Source of the DNA: Patescibacteria group bacterium
GTDB taxonomy: Bacteria; Patescibacteriota; Doudnabacteria; UBA920; VMFF01
Assembly: GCA_038065615.1 (NCBI GenBank)
Contig: JBBTQQ010000008.1
Location: 10,658-74,657 of the forward strand
Direction of reading: 5' to 3'
Length of the DNA stretch: 64,000 nt
Positions 18,766 to 26,905 of this stretch are shown here, piece after piece. Position 1 is the stretch's first letter. Each line of letters opens with the position of its first letter. Under the pieces are notes generated by a model. The model saw only the letters and a program-made list of their open reading frames with translations, searched no databases and had not been told where the DNA came from. Made by a program: the position numbers and the translations under genes.

Positions 18766-19302
18766 TTAATATCGTTTAACTAATTGTCTAAATATTTCAG
18801 CGTAGTATCTACAGTTTTCTAAAGAGTCGCGTTCATTTTTTCTTTGCAGTTTAAAATATGAACCAATGGTTTCAGCGGTTGGGATTTTCTTTAAATTCTG
18901 TTTTGAAAGATACATATATGCAAGAGTCCATAGTTCAAGAACATGATAGTCATACTCATATTCAATGTTTGCTCTCCTAAAGGATTCTCTTAGGAAGTTA
19001 ACATTAATAATATTATGACTTGCTAATATTATATTGTAAGAAAACTTTTCTTTGAAAGCGTTTAAAACAACTTTAAGGTTTGGTGATTTAATTAAAACTT
19101 CTTTTGGAATACCAAGTGCTTGAACAACCCGATCATTAGTTGTTTGTGAGAATGGATTCTTTACATAACTTGAAAAAGAACCTTTCTCTAACAAGTTATC
19201 CTTATCAAGCAAAACCGCTGATATCTGTAGCGGAAAATCTTTCTCAACATTAATACCAGTTGTTTGCATATCTACTAATAGGATGTCTCTTGCAAACTTC
19301 AT
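18766..19302 (-). CDS. DEDD-type 3'-5' exonuclease (DnaQ-like)
   Basis: Exo I motif LLVDMQTTG and later conserved acidic/His residues. 178 aa. Sits between def and fmt. Confidence 0.6.
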   Translation of the reverse strand: MKFARDILLVDMQTTGINVEKDFPLQISAVLLDKDNLLEKGSFSSYVKNPFSQTTNDRVVQALGIPKEVLIKSPNLKVVLNAFKEKFSYNIILASHNIINVNFLRESFRRANIEYEYDYHVLELWTLAYMYLSKQNLKKIPTAETIGSYFKLQRKNERDSLENCRYYAEIFRQLVKRY

Positions 19303-19781
19303 TATTTTAAAAGCTCCTTGCCCTGAGTATACTTTTTAATTTTGTCGATTATCAAAACACCGTTAATGTGATCAATTTCATGTTGAATTACTTTTGCAAG
19401 CATGCCGTCTACTTTTGCACCAAATTTGTTACCATCAATATCTTGAGCTACAAATTCAATTTCTTCAGGTCTGGAAAGCATTCCAAAAACTCCTGGGATA
19501 GAAAGACATCCTTCTTCCATTTCATTTTTCTTTTTTGAAGCTTTTAAAACTTCTGGGTTAAGCAAAACAAAGGGTTTTAATCCTATGCTTTCAAGGTTGA
19601 TAACTACCATAGCAACGCTTTGATTTACTTGCGGTGCGGCTAAACCAATTCCGTCTTCGTGCTTAACTGTATCAAGCATATCTCTTATTAACTTGCGATT
19701 AGCAGGGGATAGCGGAAATTTTAATTTCTTGGTTTTGGTCCTTAGTATTTTGTGAGGATGTAGAATAATGGGTAGATTCAT
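19302..19781 (-). CDS. def: Peptide deformylase
   Basis: Motifs GIGLAAPQ, EGCLS, HEIDH. Confidence 0.9.
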   Translation of the reverse strand: MNLPIILHPHKILRTKTKKLKFPLSPANRKLIRDMLDTVKHEDGIGLAAPQVNQSVAMVVINLESIGLKPFVLLNPEVLKASKKKNEMEEGCLSIPGVFGMLSRPEEIEFVAQDIDGNKFGAKVDGMLAKVIQHEIDHINGVLIIDKIKKYTQGKELLK

Positions 19782-20047
19782 TTAATTGGATCTGAATGTT
19801 CTTTTTTAACTAAAAAAGCAAAAAGAGCTCCTGGTTTTTTTGCATTGCCTTCCAACACCTCTCCCGCAATTCTTCTCAAAACACTGTGATTATATTTTTG
19901 AGCCATTCTAAGGTAGAAACCAAAACGTTTTGGCTCACTAAGCTTTTTAGAAAGCTCATCTGCTAAAACATGGTTTGGAGAGTGAAGGTATTGAGATTTT
20001 TTGGGAGCTTCGGAAAACTTCTTCTTTAACTCCTGATTTATTTCCAT
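19778..20047 (-). CDS. Hypothetical small protein (89 aa) leading the def-fmt operon
   Basis: ORF with a 4-nt overlap with def. No motif recognised. Confidence 0.45.
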   Translation of the reverse strand: MEINQELKKKFSEAPKKSQYLHSPNHVLADELSKKLSEPKRFGFYLRMAQKYNHSVLRRIAGEVLEGNAKKPGALFAFLVKKEHSDPIK

Positions 20048-20121
20048 AAATTTTCCTTTTGAATAGTATAGCGTAAATACTGGTTAATTTCCATATAAAA
20101 TGATAAAATACGACAATAGAC

Positions 20122-21417
20122 ATGAATAAAATAAACGTTCTAGGAATACAAATAAATAACCAGAGCAAGGCAGTAATAATCAAGGAGTTAGAGCAAAGAA
20201 TTCAATCAGGCTCTAAGACCTTTATTGTAACCCCGTATTCGGAGTTCATACACCGAACATTCTTAGACTATGATTTCAAACAGCTTTTAAATAGCGCGGA
20301 TTTTGCATTACCTGATGGTGTAGCTATTCAATGGCTCTCATACTTTTTAAACATTCCATACTCCTTTAAAAATTTCTATCTTAAAATCCTAGAAACATAC
20401 TGGCAGGTCTTGTATTCTTGTCTAGTCATTATTTTCTACCCAAACAAATTAAAGAAGATTTTCCCAGAAAGAATTTCTGGAGTTGATTTTTTTTGGGACC
20501 TAGTAGAATTAGCAGAAAAGAAAAACCTTTCCATATTTCTTCTTGGTAGTTATGGTAACACGCCTGATTTAGTAGCAAACAAAATTAAAGAAAAATATCC
20601 TAGAGTTAAAATAGCAGGGTTTTCAGACAAAGGTCCTGGAAACCAGGATATAGTTTCTGAGATCAATAACTCAAAAGCTGGCATGCTCTTCGTTGCATAC
20701 GGTCCTGTTAAGCAAGAGACTTGGATTAAAACACACCTTTCAAAACTTGATATTAAGCTAGCTATTGGTTTAGGAGGTACTTTCGACTATATCTCCGGGA
20801 AAGTGCTCAGAGCGCCTCATTTTTTGCGTTCTGTGGGCTTAGAATGGCTATTCCGTCTAATTATGCAGCCAAAGCGTTTTAAAAGGATTTGGAATGGTAC
20901 TGTTCGTCTAATTATGGGTGCTTTTAGGTACAAAGTATTTATGTCTATGCTATACCGCCAAAATGTCGCCAGTGTTATACTAAACAAAGAAAATATGGTT
21001 TTTGTAGCAAAGCGAGGACGAGAAGCTGAAAAATACGGAAGCGTAATAGAAGACCATTGGCAGTTTCCACAGGGTGGTGTTGATAGTAAAGAAAATTTAG
21101 AAAAAGCAGTATTACGAGAAGTCAGAGAAGAAACAAACATTACAGATCTTTCAATACTTGGTAAGTCTGAAAAAACGCACTCATACCTTTGGAATAGCAC
21201 AATTAGAAAACTTTGGTTTAATAGGTTAAAGTTTAAGGGCCAGGAACAAACCATCTTCTATCTTAAATATCACGGTAATGGTTCTGAGATTAAACTAGAT
21301 GATGAAGAACTAACAGAATACAAATGGGTCAAACCATCAGAAATTAAAACAGTTATTCATTCAGTTCGCTCGGGGATGGTTGATATAGTTTTAGAGGATT
21401 TAAATAAATATATATGA
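20122..21417 (+). CDS. WecB/TagA/CpsF-family glycosyltransferase fused to a C-terminal NUDIX hydrolase domain
   Basis: N-terminal region resembles UDP-ManNAc transferases (FIVTPYSEF...LPDGVAIQWLS). C-terminal Nudix box GGVDSKENLEKAVLREVREETN. Confidence 0.7.
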   Translation: MNKINVLGIQINNQSKAVIIKELEQRIQSGSKTFIVTPYSEFIHRTFLDYDFKQLLNSADFALPDGVAIQWLSYFLNIPYSFKNFYLKILETYWQVLYSCLVIIFYPNKLKKIFPERISGVDFFWDLVELAEKKNLSIFLLGSYGNTPDLVANKIKEKYPRVKIAGFSDKGPGNQDIVSEINNSKAGMLFVAYGPVKQETWIKTHLSKLDIKLAIGLGGTFDYISGKVLRAPHFLRSVGLEWLFRLIMQPKRFKRIWNGTVRLIMGAFRYKVFMSMLYRQNVASVILNKENMVFVAKRGREAEKYGSVIEDHWQFPQGGVDSKENLEKAVLREVREETNITDLSILGKSEKTHSYLWNSTIRKLWFNRLKFKGQEQTIFYLKYHGNGSEIKLDDEELTEYKWVKPSEIKTVIHSVRSGMVDIVLEDLNKYI

Positions 21418-22943
21418 CAGAAAAAAAAGTAAGAACAAGATTCGCGCCAAGCCCAACAGGATATTTACACGTTGGTGGTTTAAGAACCGCGCTTTTTGCA
21501 TACCTATTTGCAAAACATAACAAAGGTGAATTTGTTTTAAGGTTAGAAGACACTGATCAAGCTCGTTTCATAGAAGGAGCAATTGAAAAACTAATCAATG
21601 TCTTAAACGACATTGGTTTAAAATACGATGAAGGTCTTTTTGTAGTAGATGGAAAAATCGTAAGCAAGGGTGATCATGGTCCATACTTACAATCTCAAAG
21701 AAAAGATTTGTACAAGGAACATGCTGAAAAGCTAGTAGCTCAAGGACACGCATATTACTGTTTCTGTGATGAAAAAAGATTAGACGAACTGCGAAAAGAA
21801 CAGGAAGCATTAAAGCAACCAACTAGATATGACAGAAAATGCAAAAATCTTTCTAAAGAAGAGGTCTCTTCAAATTTGGAAAAAAATCTTCCATACGTCA
21901 TTAGACAAGCAATTCCTGTTGATGGACAGACTGTTGTTAAGGATTTAGTTTACAAAGATATTGTTTGGGAGAATAAGTCCCTTGATGATCAGGTCTTAAT
22001 GAAATCAGATGGTTTCCCGACATACCACCTAGCTGTTGTTGTTGATGACCATTTAATGGAAATCTCTCATGTCATTCGTGGTGAAGAATGGATCCCTTCA
22101 ACTCCTAAACATGTTTTGCTTTACAAAGCATTTGGTTGGGAATCACCAGAGTTTGCTCATTTGCCTTTGCTTTTAAACAAAGATCGTTCAAAGCTTTCAA
22201 AACGACAGGGTGATGTTGCAGTTGAAGACTATCTTTCAAAAGGATATTTAAAAGCCGCTTTAATTAATTTCATAGCTTTGCTTGGTTGGAATCCAAAAAC
22301 AGACCAGGAAATATTTACAATCGAAGAGTTAATCGAACAGTTTGATTTGGCAAAGGTGAATAAGTCAGGATCAATCTTTGATATTGATAAGCTGAACTGG
22401 TTGAATAACTTGTACATTAGAAAGATTTCTGTTTCAGTATTAGCAGATCTGCTTTTACCTTACCTACAAACAGCAGAACTTTTAACTGTAGATGGCAAAA
22501 ACTTAATTTCTAAAAACGGCAAACAAGTTTCAAAAGAATTTCTAGAAGCAATTGCAAAAATAGAAAGTGAAAGATTAAATGCGCTGTCAGAGATAGGGGA
22601 GAGGGTTAGTTACTTTTTTGTACAGCCAAAATATTCTCCTGAGATATTAATCTGGAAAAAATCAGATCTGACTCAAACCAAAAACGCTCTTCAAAAAACC
22701 CTTGAGTTCATGCAAACTCTTCCTGATGATGTTTTCAGAAGCTCTGAGCTAGAACCAAAGCTAAAAGAATTCATTACTTCAAGTGGTTTTGATAACGGCT
22801 CGGTGCTTTGGCCGCTTCGTGTTGCTCTTTCAGGTTTAGAAAAGTCACCAAGTCCTTTTGAGATTATCAACGTACTCTTCTTGGGTTACGGAAAGTTTGA
22901 AATACTACAACGCTTAGAAGCAGCGCTTAAAATGCTTGAGTAG
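21414..22943 (+). CDS. gltX: Glutamate--tRNA ligase
   Basis: RFAPSPTGYLHVGG (HIGH region), KLSKRQG (KMSKS-like) and class I catalytic-core similarity. Confidence 0.9.
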   Translation: MTEKKVRTRFAPSPTGYLHVGGLRTALFAYLFAKHNKGEFVLRLEDTDQARFIEGAIEKLINVLNDIGLKYDEGLFVVDGKIVSKGDHGPYLQSQRKDLYKEHAEKLVAQGHAYYCFCDEKRLDELRKEQEALKQPTRYDRKCKNLSKEEVSSNLEKNLPYVIRQAIPVDGQTVVKDLVYKDIVWENKSLDDQVLMKSDGFPTYHLAVVVDDHLMEISHVIRGEEWIPSTPKHVLLYKAFGWESPEFAHLPLLLNKDRSKLSKRQGDVAVEDYLSKGYLKAALINFIALLGWNPKTDQEIFTIEELIEQFDLAKVNKSGSIFDIDKLNWLNNLYIRKISVSVLADLLLPYLQTAELLTVDGKNLISKNGKQVSKEFLEAIAKIESERLNALSEIGERVSYFFVQPKYSPEILIWKKSDLTQTKNALQKTLEFMQTLPDDVFRSSELEPKLKEFITSSGFDNGSVLWPLRVALSGLEKSPSPFEIINVLFLGYGKFEILQRLEAALKMLE

Positions 22944-22983
22944 CAACTCGTAAAAATGCTCTTTTTGTGGTATACTAAGAGCA

Positions 22984-24270
22984 ATGAGTTACTTACGAAA
23001 CAAAAATAAAATAACAATAGCGGTACTGATTTTAACCTTGGGACTTTACATAGTCCCTTTTTCTGCTTTTGGAGCAACTTTTTCAGAGATTGAGGTTCAA
23101 AAAAAGTCAAAACAAGCTCAGCTTGATCAGCTGAATAAGCAAATGCAAGAGTATCAAAACCAAATTGCGCAGAAAAGAAAACAATCTGCTTCGTTGTCTA
23201 ATGAAATTGCTTTGTATGACATGGAAATACGATCTACAGAAATTCATATTCAAGCAACAAGAACAAATATTGAGAATACTCAATTACAGATTCGGCAAAC
23301 TCAAATACAGATAAAAGAAAAAACAGATCAGATTGAACAAGGGAAAAAACTTCTAGCGGAATTGATTATCACCTTAAATGAATACGACAACACATCTAAT
23401 CTCCAGCTTGGTCTAGGTGCAAGTAACTTTTCAGCATTCATGGATCAGGTTCAGTATGCTCAATCACTTCAAAGCAGAATTTTTGGTTTGATTCAGCAAA
23501 TTAAAGAAATACGAGCTAAACTACAGAAAGATGAAGAAGAGCTACAAATTAACTTAAACAAGCTAAATGATTTAAACGATCAACTGTCTTTAACCCAGAA
23601 AACTTTAAGCAACCAAAAAAGTTCTAGAGTTGTCTTACTTCAACAAACAAAAGGACAAGAAAGCAAATATCAAAAGCTATTAACAACAACTCAAGAGGAG
23701 CAGGCTAAGATAAACAAAGAGATCTATGATTTAGATCAACAGATGCGTGGTAAAACAGGCTTCAACGCATTAAAAGCTGTGCACGGCATTTTGGCGTATC
23801 CGATGGACGGTGTGTTAACTCAAAAATATGGTAACACTGGTTTTACAAAACTTGGTTATGATTTTCATAACGGTATAGATTTAGCAGCACCTGCTGGAAC
23901 CTCTATCTATGCGGCTGGTGATGGCGTTGTATATTCTACAGGAACGGGTCAAACCGCATACGGTAATTGGGTGGCCATAAAGCACACAGCAGGAGGTAAG
24001 CTAACCAAGGATATTATTACCCTCTATTCCCATATGACAAAGTTTACTGTAGTTGCTGGACAGCAAGTAAAACAAGGGGATTTAATCGGGTACGAAGGTA
24101 ATACAGGAAACACAACCCGCCTGCTCTATGGACCTGAAAGGGGATACCACCTGCATTTTGGGGTATATGACGCAGAAGGTTTTGGTATCAAAAACGGCGC
24201 ATATCCAAATATTTATGGTCCTTACAGAATTCCATATGGATATACATACAATCCAATGGATTTCTTGTAA
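22984..24270 (+). CDS. Peptidase M23 (EnvC-like) with N-terminal signal/TM and coiled-coil region
   Basis: Long Q/K-rich coiled coil, then HNGIDLAAPAGTSIYAAGDG ... HLHF (HxxxD, HxH LAS motifs). Confidence 0.8.
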   Translation: MSYLRNKNKITIAVLILTLGLYIVPFSAFGATFSEIEVQKKSKQAQLDQLNKQMQEYQNQIAQKRKQSASLSNEIALYDMEIRSTEIHIQATRTNIENTQLQIRQTQIQIKEKTDQIEQGKKLLAELIITLNEYDNTSNLQLGLGASNFSAFMDQVQYAQSLQSRIFGLIQQIKEIRAKLQKDEEELQINLNKLNDLNDQLSLTQKTLSNQKSSRVVLLQQTKGQESKYQKLLTTTQEEQAKINKEIYDLDQQMRGKTGFNALKAVHGILAYPMDGVLTQKYGNTGFTKLGYDFHNGIDLAAPAGTSIYAAGDGVVYSTGTGQTAYGNWVAIKHTAGGKLTKDIITLYSHMTKFTVVAGQQVKQGDLIGYEGNTGNTTRLLYGPERGYHLHFGVYDAEGFGIKNGAYPNIYGPYRIPYGYTYNPMDFL

Positions 24271-24313
24271 TCTTTCCGAATATTTGATATTTTAATAGTG
24301 TTAAACAATCCTG

Positions 24314-25378
24314 ATGAAAGAAAAAACAAAACTAAGACTCAAGACCATAATACTAGCGCTGGCAGTTTTAAGTAGCGCCCCTTTTATTGTCCCACAGTTT
24401 GCACATGCTGATGTGAACTCATTGTTGAGAGGTCAAATCTGTGAACCAGATATGGAAGGAGTTGACTCTGGTTTTAATGTTGGCAGGTGTATAAACAACA
24501 TATACATTTTTGCTATTAGCATTGCTGGGTTTTTAGCTGTTTTAATGTTTGTTTTAGCGGGATATCAATATATCACAGGGACATCTGAATCAATCAGCGA
24601 AGCAAAGAAAATAATGGGGTCAACATTACTTGGTCTTGTTATTCTTTTTAGCACGTACATCATCTTAAACACCGTTGATCCAAACTTAACAAAAGTTCCA
24701 GCACTTGTTGCGCCACAGGTGAATTGTAATCAAGTATCAACCACAACAGGTAAAACAGAGAACATTTGCGCTGATTTACCAGACGAATTTCCGTTTCCAT
24801 TAGATGAGAATGGAAATCCAGTAGGAATAGAGGGTGGAAAAATAGTGAGTCAAGGAACAACCTATCAGTCACCTGCGAACAACAATAACTTACCGGCTGG
24901 TAGCAAAACAATTCAACCTTGCGTTAATTGTATTGATTTAACTCAAGGTTTGGCTGTTAAAGTTAAAGATAGAAATACTAGCAAGGTAAGCAAAGATCTT
25001 GCACAAAAATTAGTAAATATGAGATACTATTTTGCTAATGAAAGAGCTTTAAAGGCAAAAGCTTATCCATCTCAAAACGTTTCTAGTTTCGATTGGCAGG
25101 TAACTGAAGCATGGCCACCAACAGTAGCTCACCAGTCATCATGTCATTATGACGGCACTTGCCCTGATATTGGTGTTGTGAATAAAGAGAAATATACAAG
25201 TGGCCAAAATCTGATAGCTATAAAAATTATGTGTACTGCCGCAAAAAAGGCAGGCTTTAAAATCCTTAATGAGTACTATAACGAATACAAGGCTCAGCAG
25301 TTTGGAGGTTCTGATTGTGGAGTCCCTGTAAGTACCCCGAACGGAACCAAAGGACATCTACATCTCACAATGCCTTAA
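24314..25378 (+). CDS. Secreted/membrane protein with C-terminal LAS-type (M15-like) zinc-peptidase-like domain
   Basis: Signal peptide plus two TM helices (pilin-like hairpin). C-terminal TEAWPPTVAHQSSCHYDGTCPD (H-x6-D) and GHLHL (HxH). Confidence 0.5.
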   Translation: MKEKTKLRLKTIILALAVLSSAPFIVPQFAHADVNSLLRGQICEPDMEGVDSGFNVGRCINNIYIFAISIAGFLAVLMFVLAGYQYITGTSESISEAKKIMGSTLLGLVILFSTYIILNTVDPNLTKVPALVAPQVNCNQVSTTTGKTENICADLPDEFPFPLDENGNPVGIEGGKIVSQGTTYQSPANNNNLPAGSKTIQPCVNCIDLTQGLAVKVKDRNTSKVSKDLAQKLVNMRYYFANERALKAKAYPSQNVSSFDWQVTEAWPPTVAHQSSCHYDGTCPDIGVVNKEKYTSGQNLIAIKIMCTAAKKAGFKILNEYYNEYKAQQFGGSDCGVPVSTPNGTKGHLHLTMP

Positions 25379-25383
25379 TATAC

Positions 25384-25920
25384 ATGGTTGATATACATAA
25401 ACAAAACATTAAATATAATTTAACGTACAAACAAGCCGGTACACTAATTGCATTCCTAGTACTGGCTGTTTTTGTAATTAGGTTCCTTAATACTCAAAAA
25501 AATGAATCTAAACCTTCAAACAATAGTAAGTTTGAAATTGGACTATGCAGAACCTGCGAAGTTATAAAAGACAAAGATTTAATTATTGATTCAGACCGTG
25601 GTGAATATCTAGACTCAAGCCTTATCAAAAAATTAGAGATACTAGCAGGGGATAATAGAGACTGGAGAATCACTGAAGCATATCCACCAACCGTCCAACA
25701 TATCAGCTTCTGTCATCAAAATGGCACCTGCGCTGATATAGCGCTTCAAAGAAACTCGCTTAATGCAGCTCGTTTGTCTGAACTATGTAAGGATGCGCTA
25801 GCTACTGGTTTAACTGTTGTTAATGAATACAGTAATTTAAAGTATTATTCTCAGAATTCTTTTTGTCCTAAACCAAACATATTTGAGACAACAACAGGCG
25901 GGCACTTACACGTGTATTAA
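25384..25920 (+). CDS. Paralog of upstream gene: membrane-anchored LAS-type (M15-like) zinc-peptidase-like domain protein
   Basis: One TM helix, then TEAYPPTVQHISFCHQNGTCAD ... GGHLHVY. Start taken at MVDIHKQ just after the upstream stop. The longer ORF from 25315 overlaps the upstream gene. Confidence 0.5.
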   Translation: MVDIHKQNIKYNLTYKQAGTLIAFLVLAVFVIRFLNTQKNESKPSNNSKFEIGLCRTCEVIKDKDLIIDSDRGEYLDSSLIKKLEILAGDNRDWRITEAYPPTVQHISFCHQNGTCADIALQRNSLNAARLSELCKDALATGLTVVNEYSNLKYYSQNSFCPKPNIFETTTGGHLHVY

Positions 25921-26075
25921 ACGTTATCCTATAAATGCTTTGTCGCATAAGCTACATTGTGCGACTAGGGATATATCACTAGAGGAGTGCTCCCCCGTGG
26001 TATTGCGCGCGTTGACAATTTTACTAATTTAAAACCGCTTCATATTTCTAAATAAGAAAGTGACAGCGATTTTAA

Positions 26076-26324
26076 TTATAGCAACTCGTCGTATTGTTCT
26101 TTGGTGCAAACTTCATTTTTTACAAGCCACTCTCCAAAGTTTTTGACTATATGTTTGTTCATTTCTCTGTGACTAGACGCAATAGGGTAAGACTTTGCAT
26201 TATGTATGCAAGTAATAACGTAATTGTGATTACCTCCGTCCGCAAGTTCTACCTTATATTTTCTCACTAATTTCTTTAGAGTTCTAACAAATTGCTTGCT
26301 TTTAACATTTGCATACTCACCCAT
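26076..26324 (-). CDS. HicA-like toxin (putative mRNA interferase)
   Basis: 82 aa with GGNHNYV...SYPIASSH...HIVKNFGEWL, resembling the HicA/YcfA fold. 1-nt gap to the upstream partner gene. Confidence 0.5.
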   Translation of the reverse strand: MGEYANVKSKQFVRTLKKLVRKYKVELADGGNHNYVITCIHNAKSYPIASSHREMNKHIVKNFGEWLVKNEVCTKEQYDELL

Positions 26325-26325
26325 T

Positions 26326-26709
26326 TTATTTCACTGTTTCCAACACCTCTCTATTTTTTACTAAAGAGATAATAGCTTTCTTTACGCTATTGTCTTCTAA
26401 TAACTTTATTTGCTCTACAGGAGGGTTATATGTATGAGCTTCTTTGACAACATCAAAGTAATCTTTTGGAATTCTATTCACAGCCACAACAGCATCGTTG
26501 ACCATCTCAATGAAATCAGATGCATTTTTTCCTTGAGTCATAAATTGATTTTCTCCGGCAACAACATTACCAATAATATAACCATCATCTCTAAACCAAC
26601 TAACTTCTATGTGAGAAGGTAGACGATCATAGTAAGCTTCAAAAGCCTCTCTAGATAAAGGTTTTCTAAACCCGAAGATATTAAACATTTTTTTTACTTT
26701 CCTCATCAT
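26326..26709 (-). CDS. HicB-like antitoxin (UPF0150/RNase-H-fold N-terminal domain), tentative
   Basis: 127 aa. The YIIGNVVAGENQFMTQGKNASDFIEMVNDAV segment resembles the HicB N-domain pattern. Tightly coupled to the HicA-like gene. Confidence 0.45.
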   Translation of the reverse strand: MMRKVKKMFNIFGFRKPLSREAFEAYYDRLPSHIEVSWFRDDGYIIGNVVAGENQFMTQGKNASDFIEMVNDAVVAVNRIPKDYFDVVKEAHTYNPPVEQIKLLEDNSVKKAIISLVKNREVLETVK

Positions 26710-26905
26710 TATAGATTGCTTTAGGGTTAGGTATTATAAACTAATATACCTTGTATGTACAATAGACGATATTAGAGTCATTTTATTTCAAAGCTACACA
26801 CCTTTGGTGCTGTTTTTATTATACCACATTAACCCCACTTTCACTTCACTGTTCATTTATCAAGGATATACGCTACTCCTCAATTGGCTTCGGGGTCGCC
26901 TTTGA

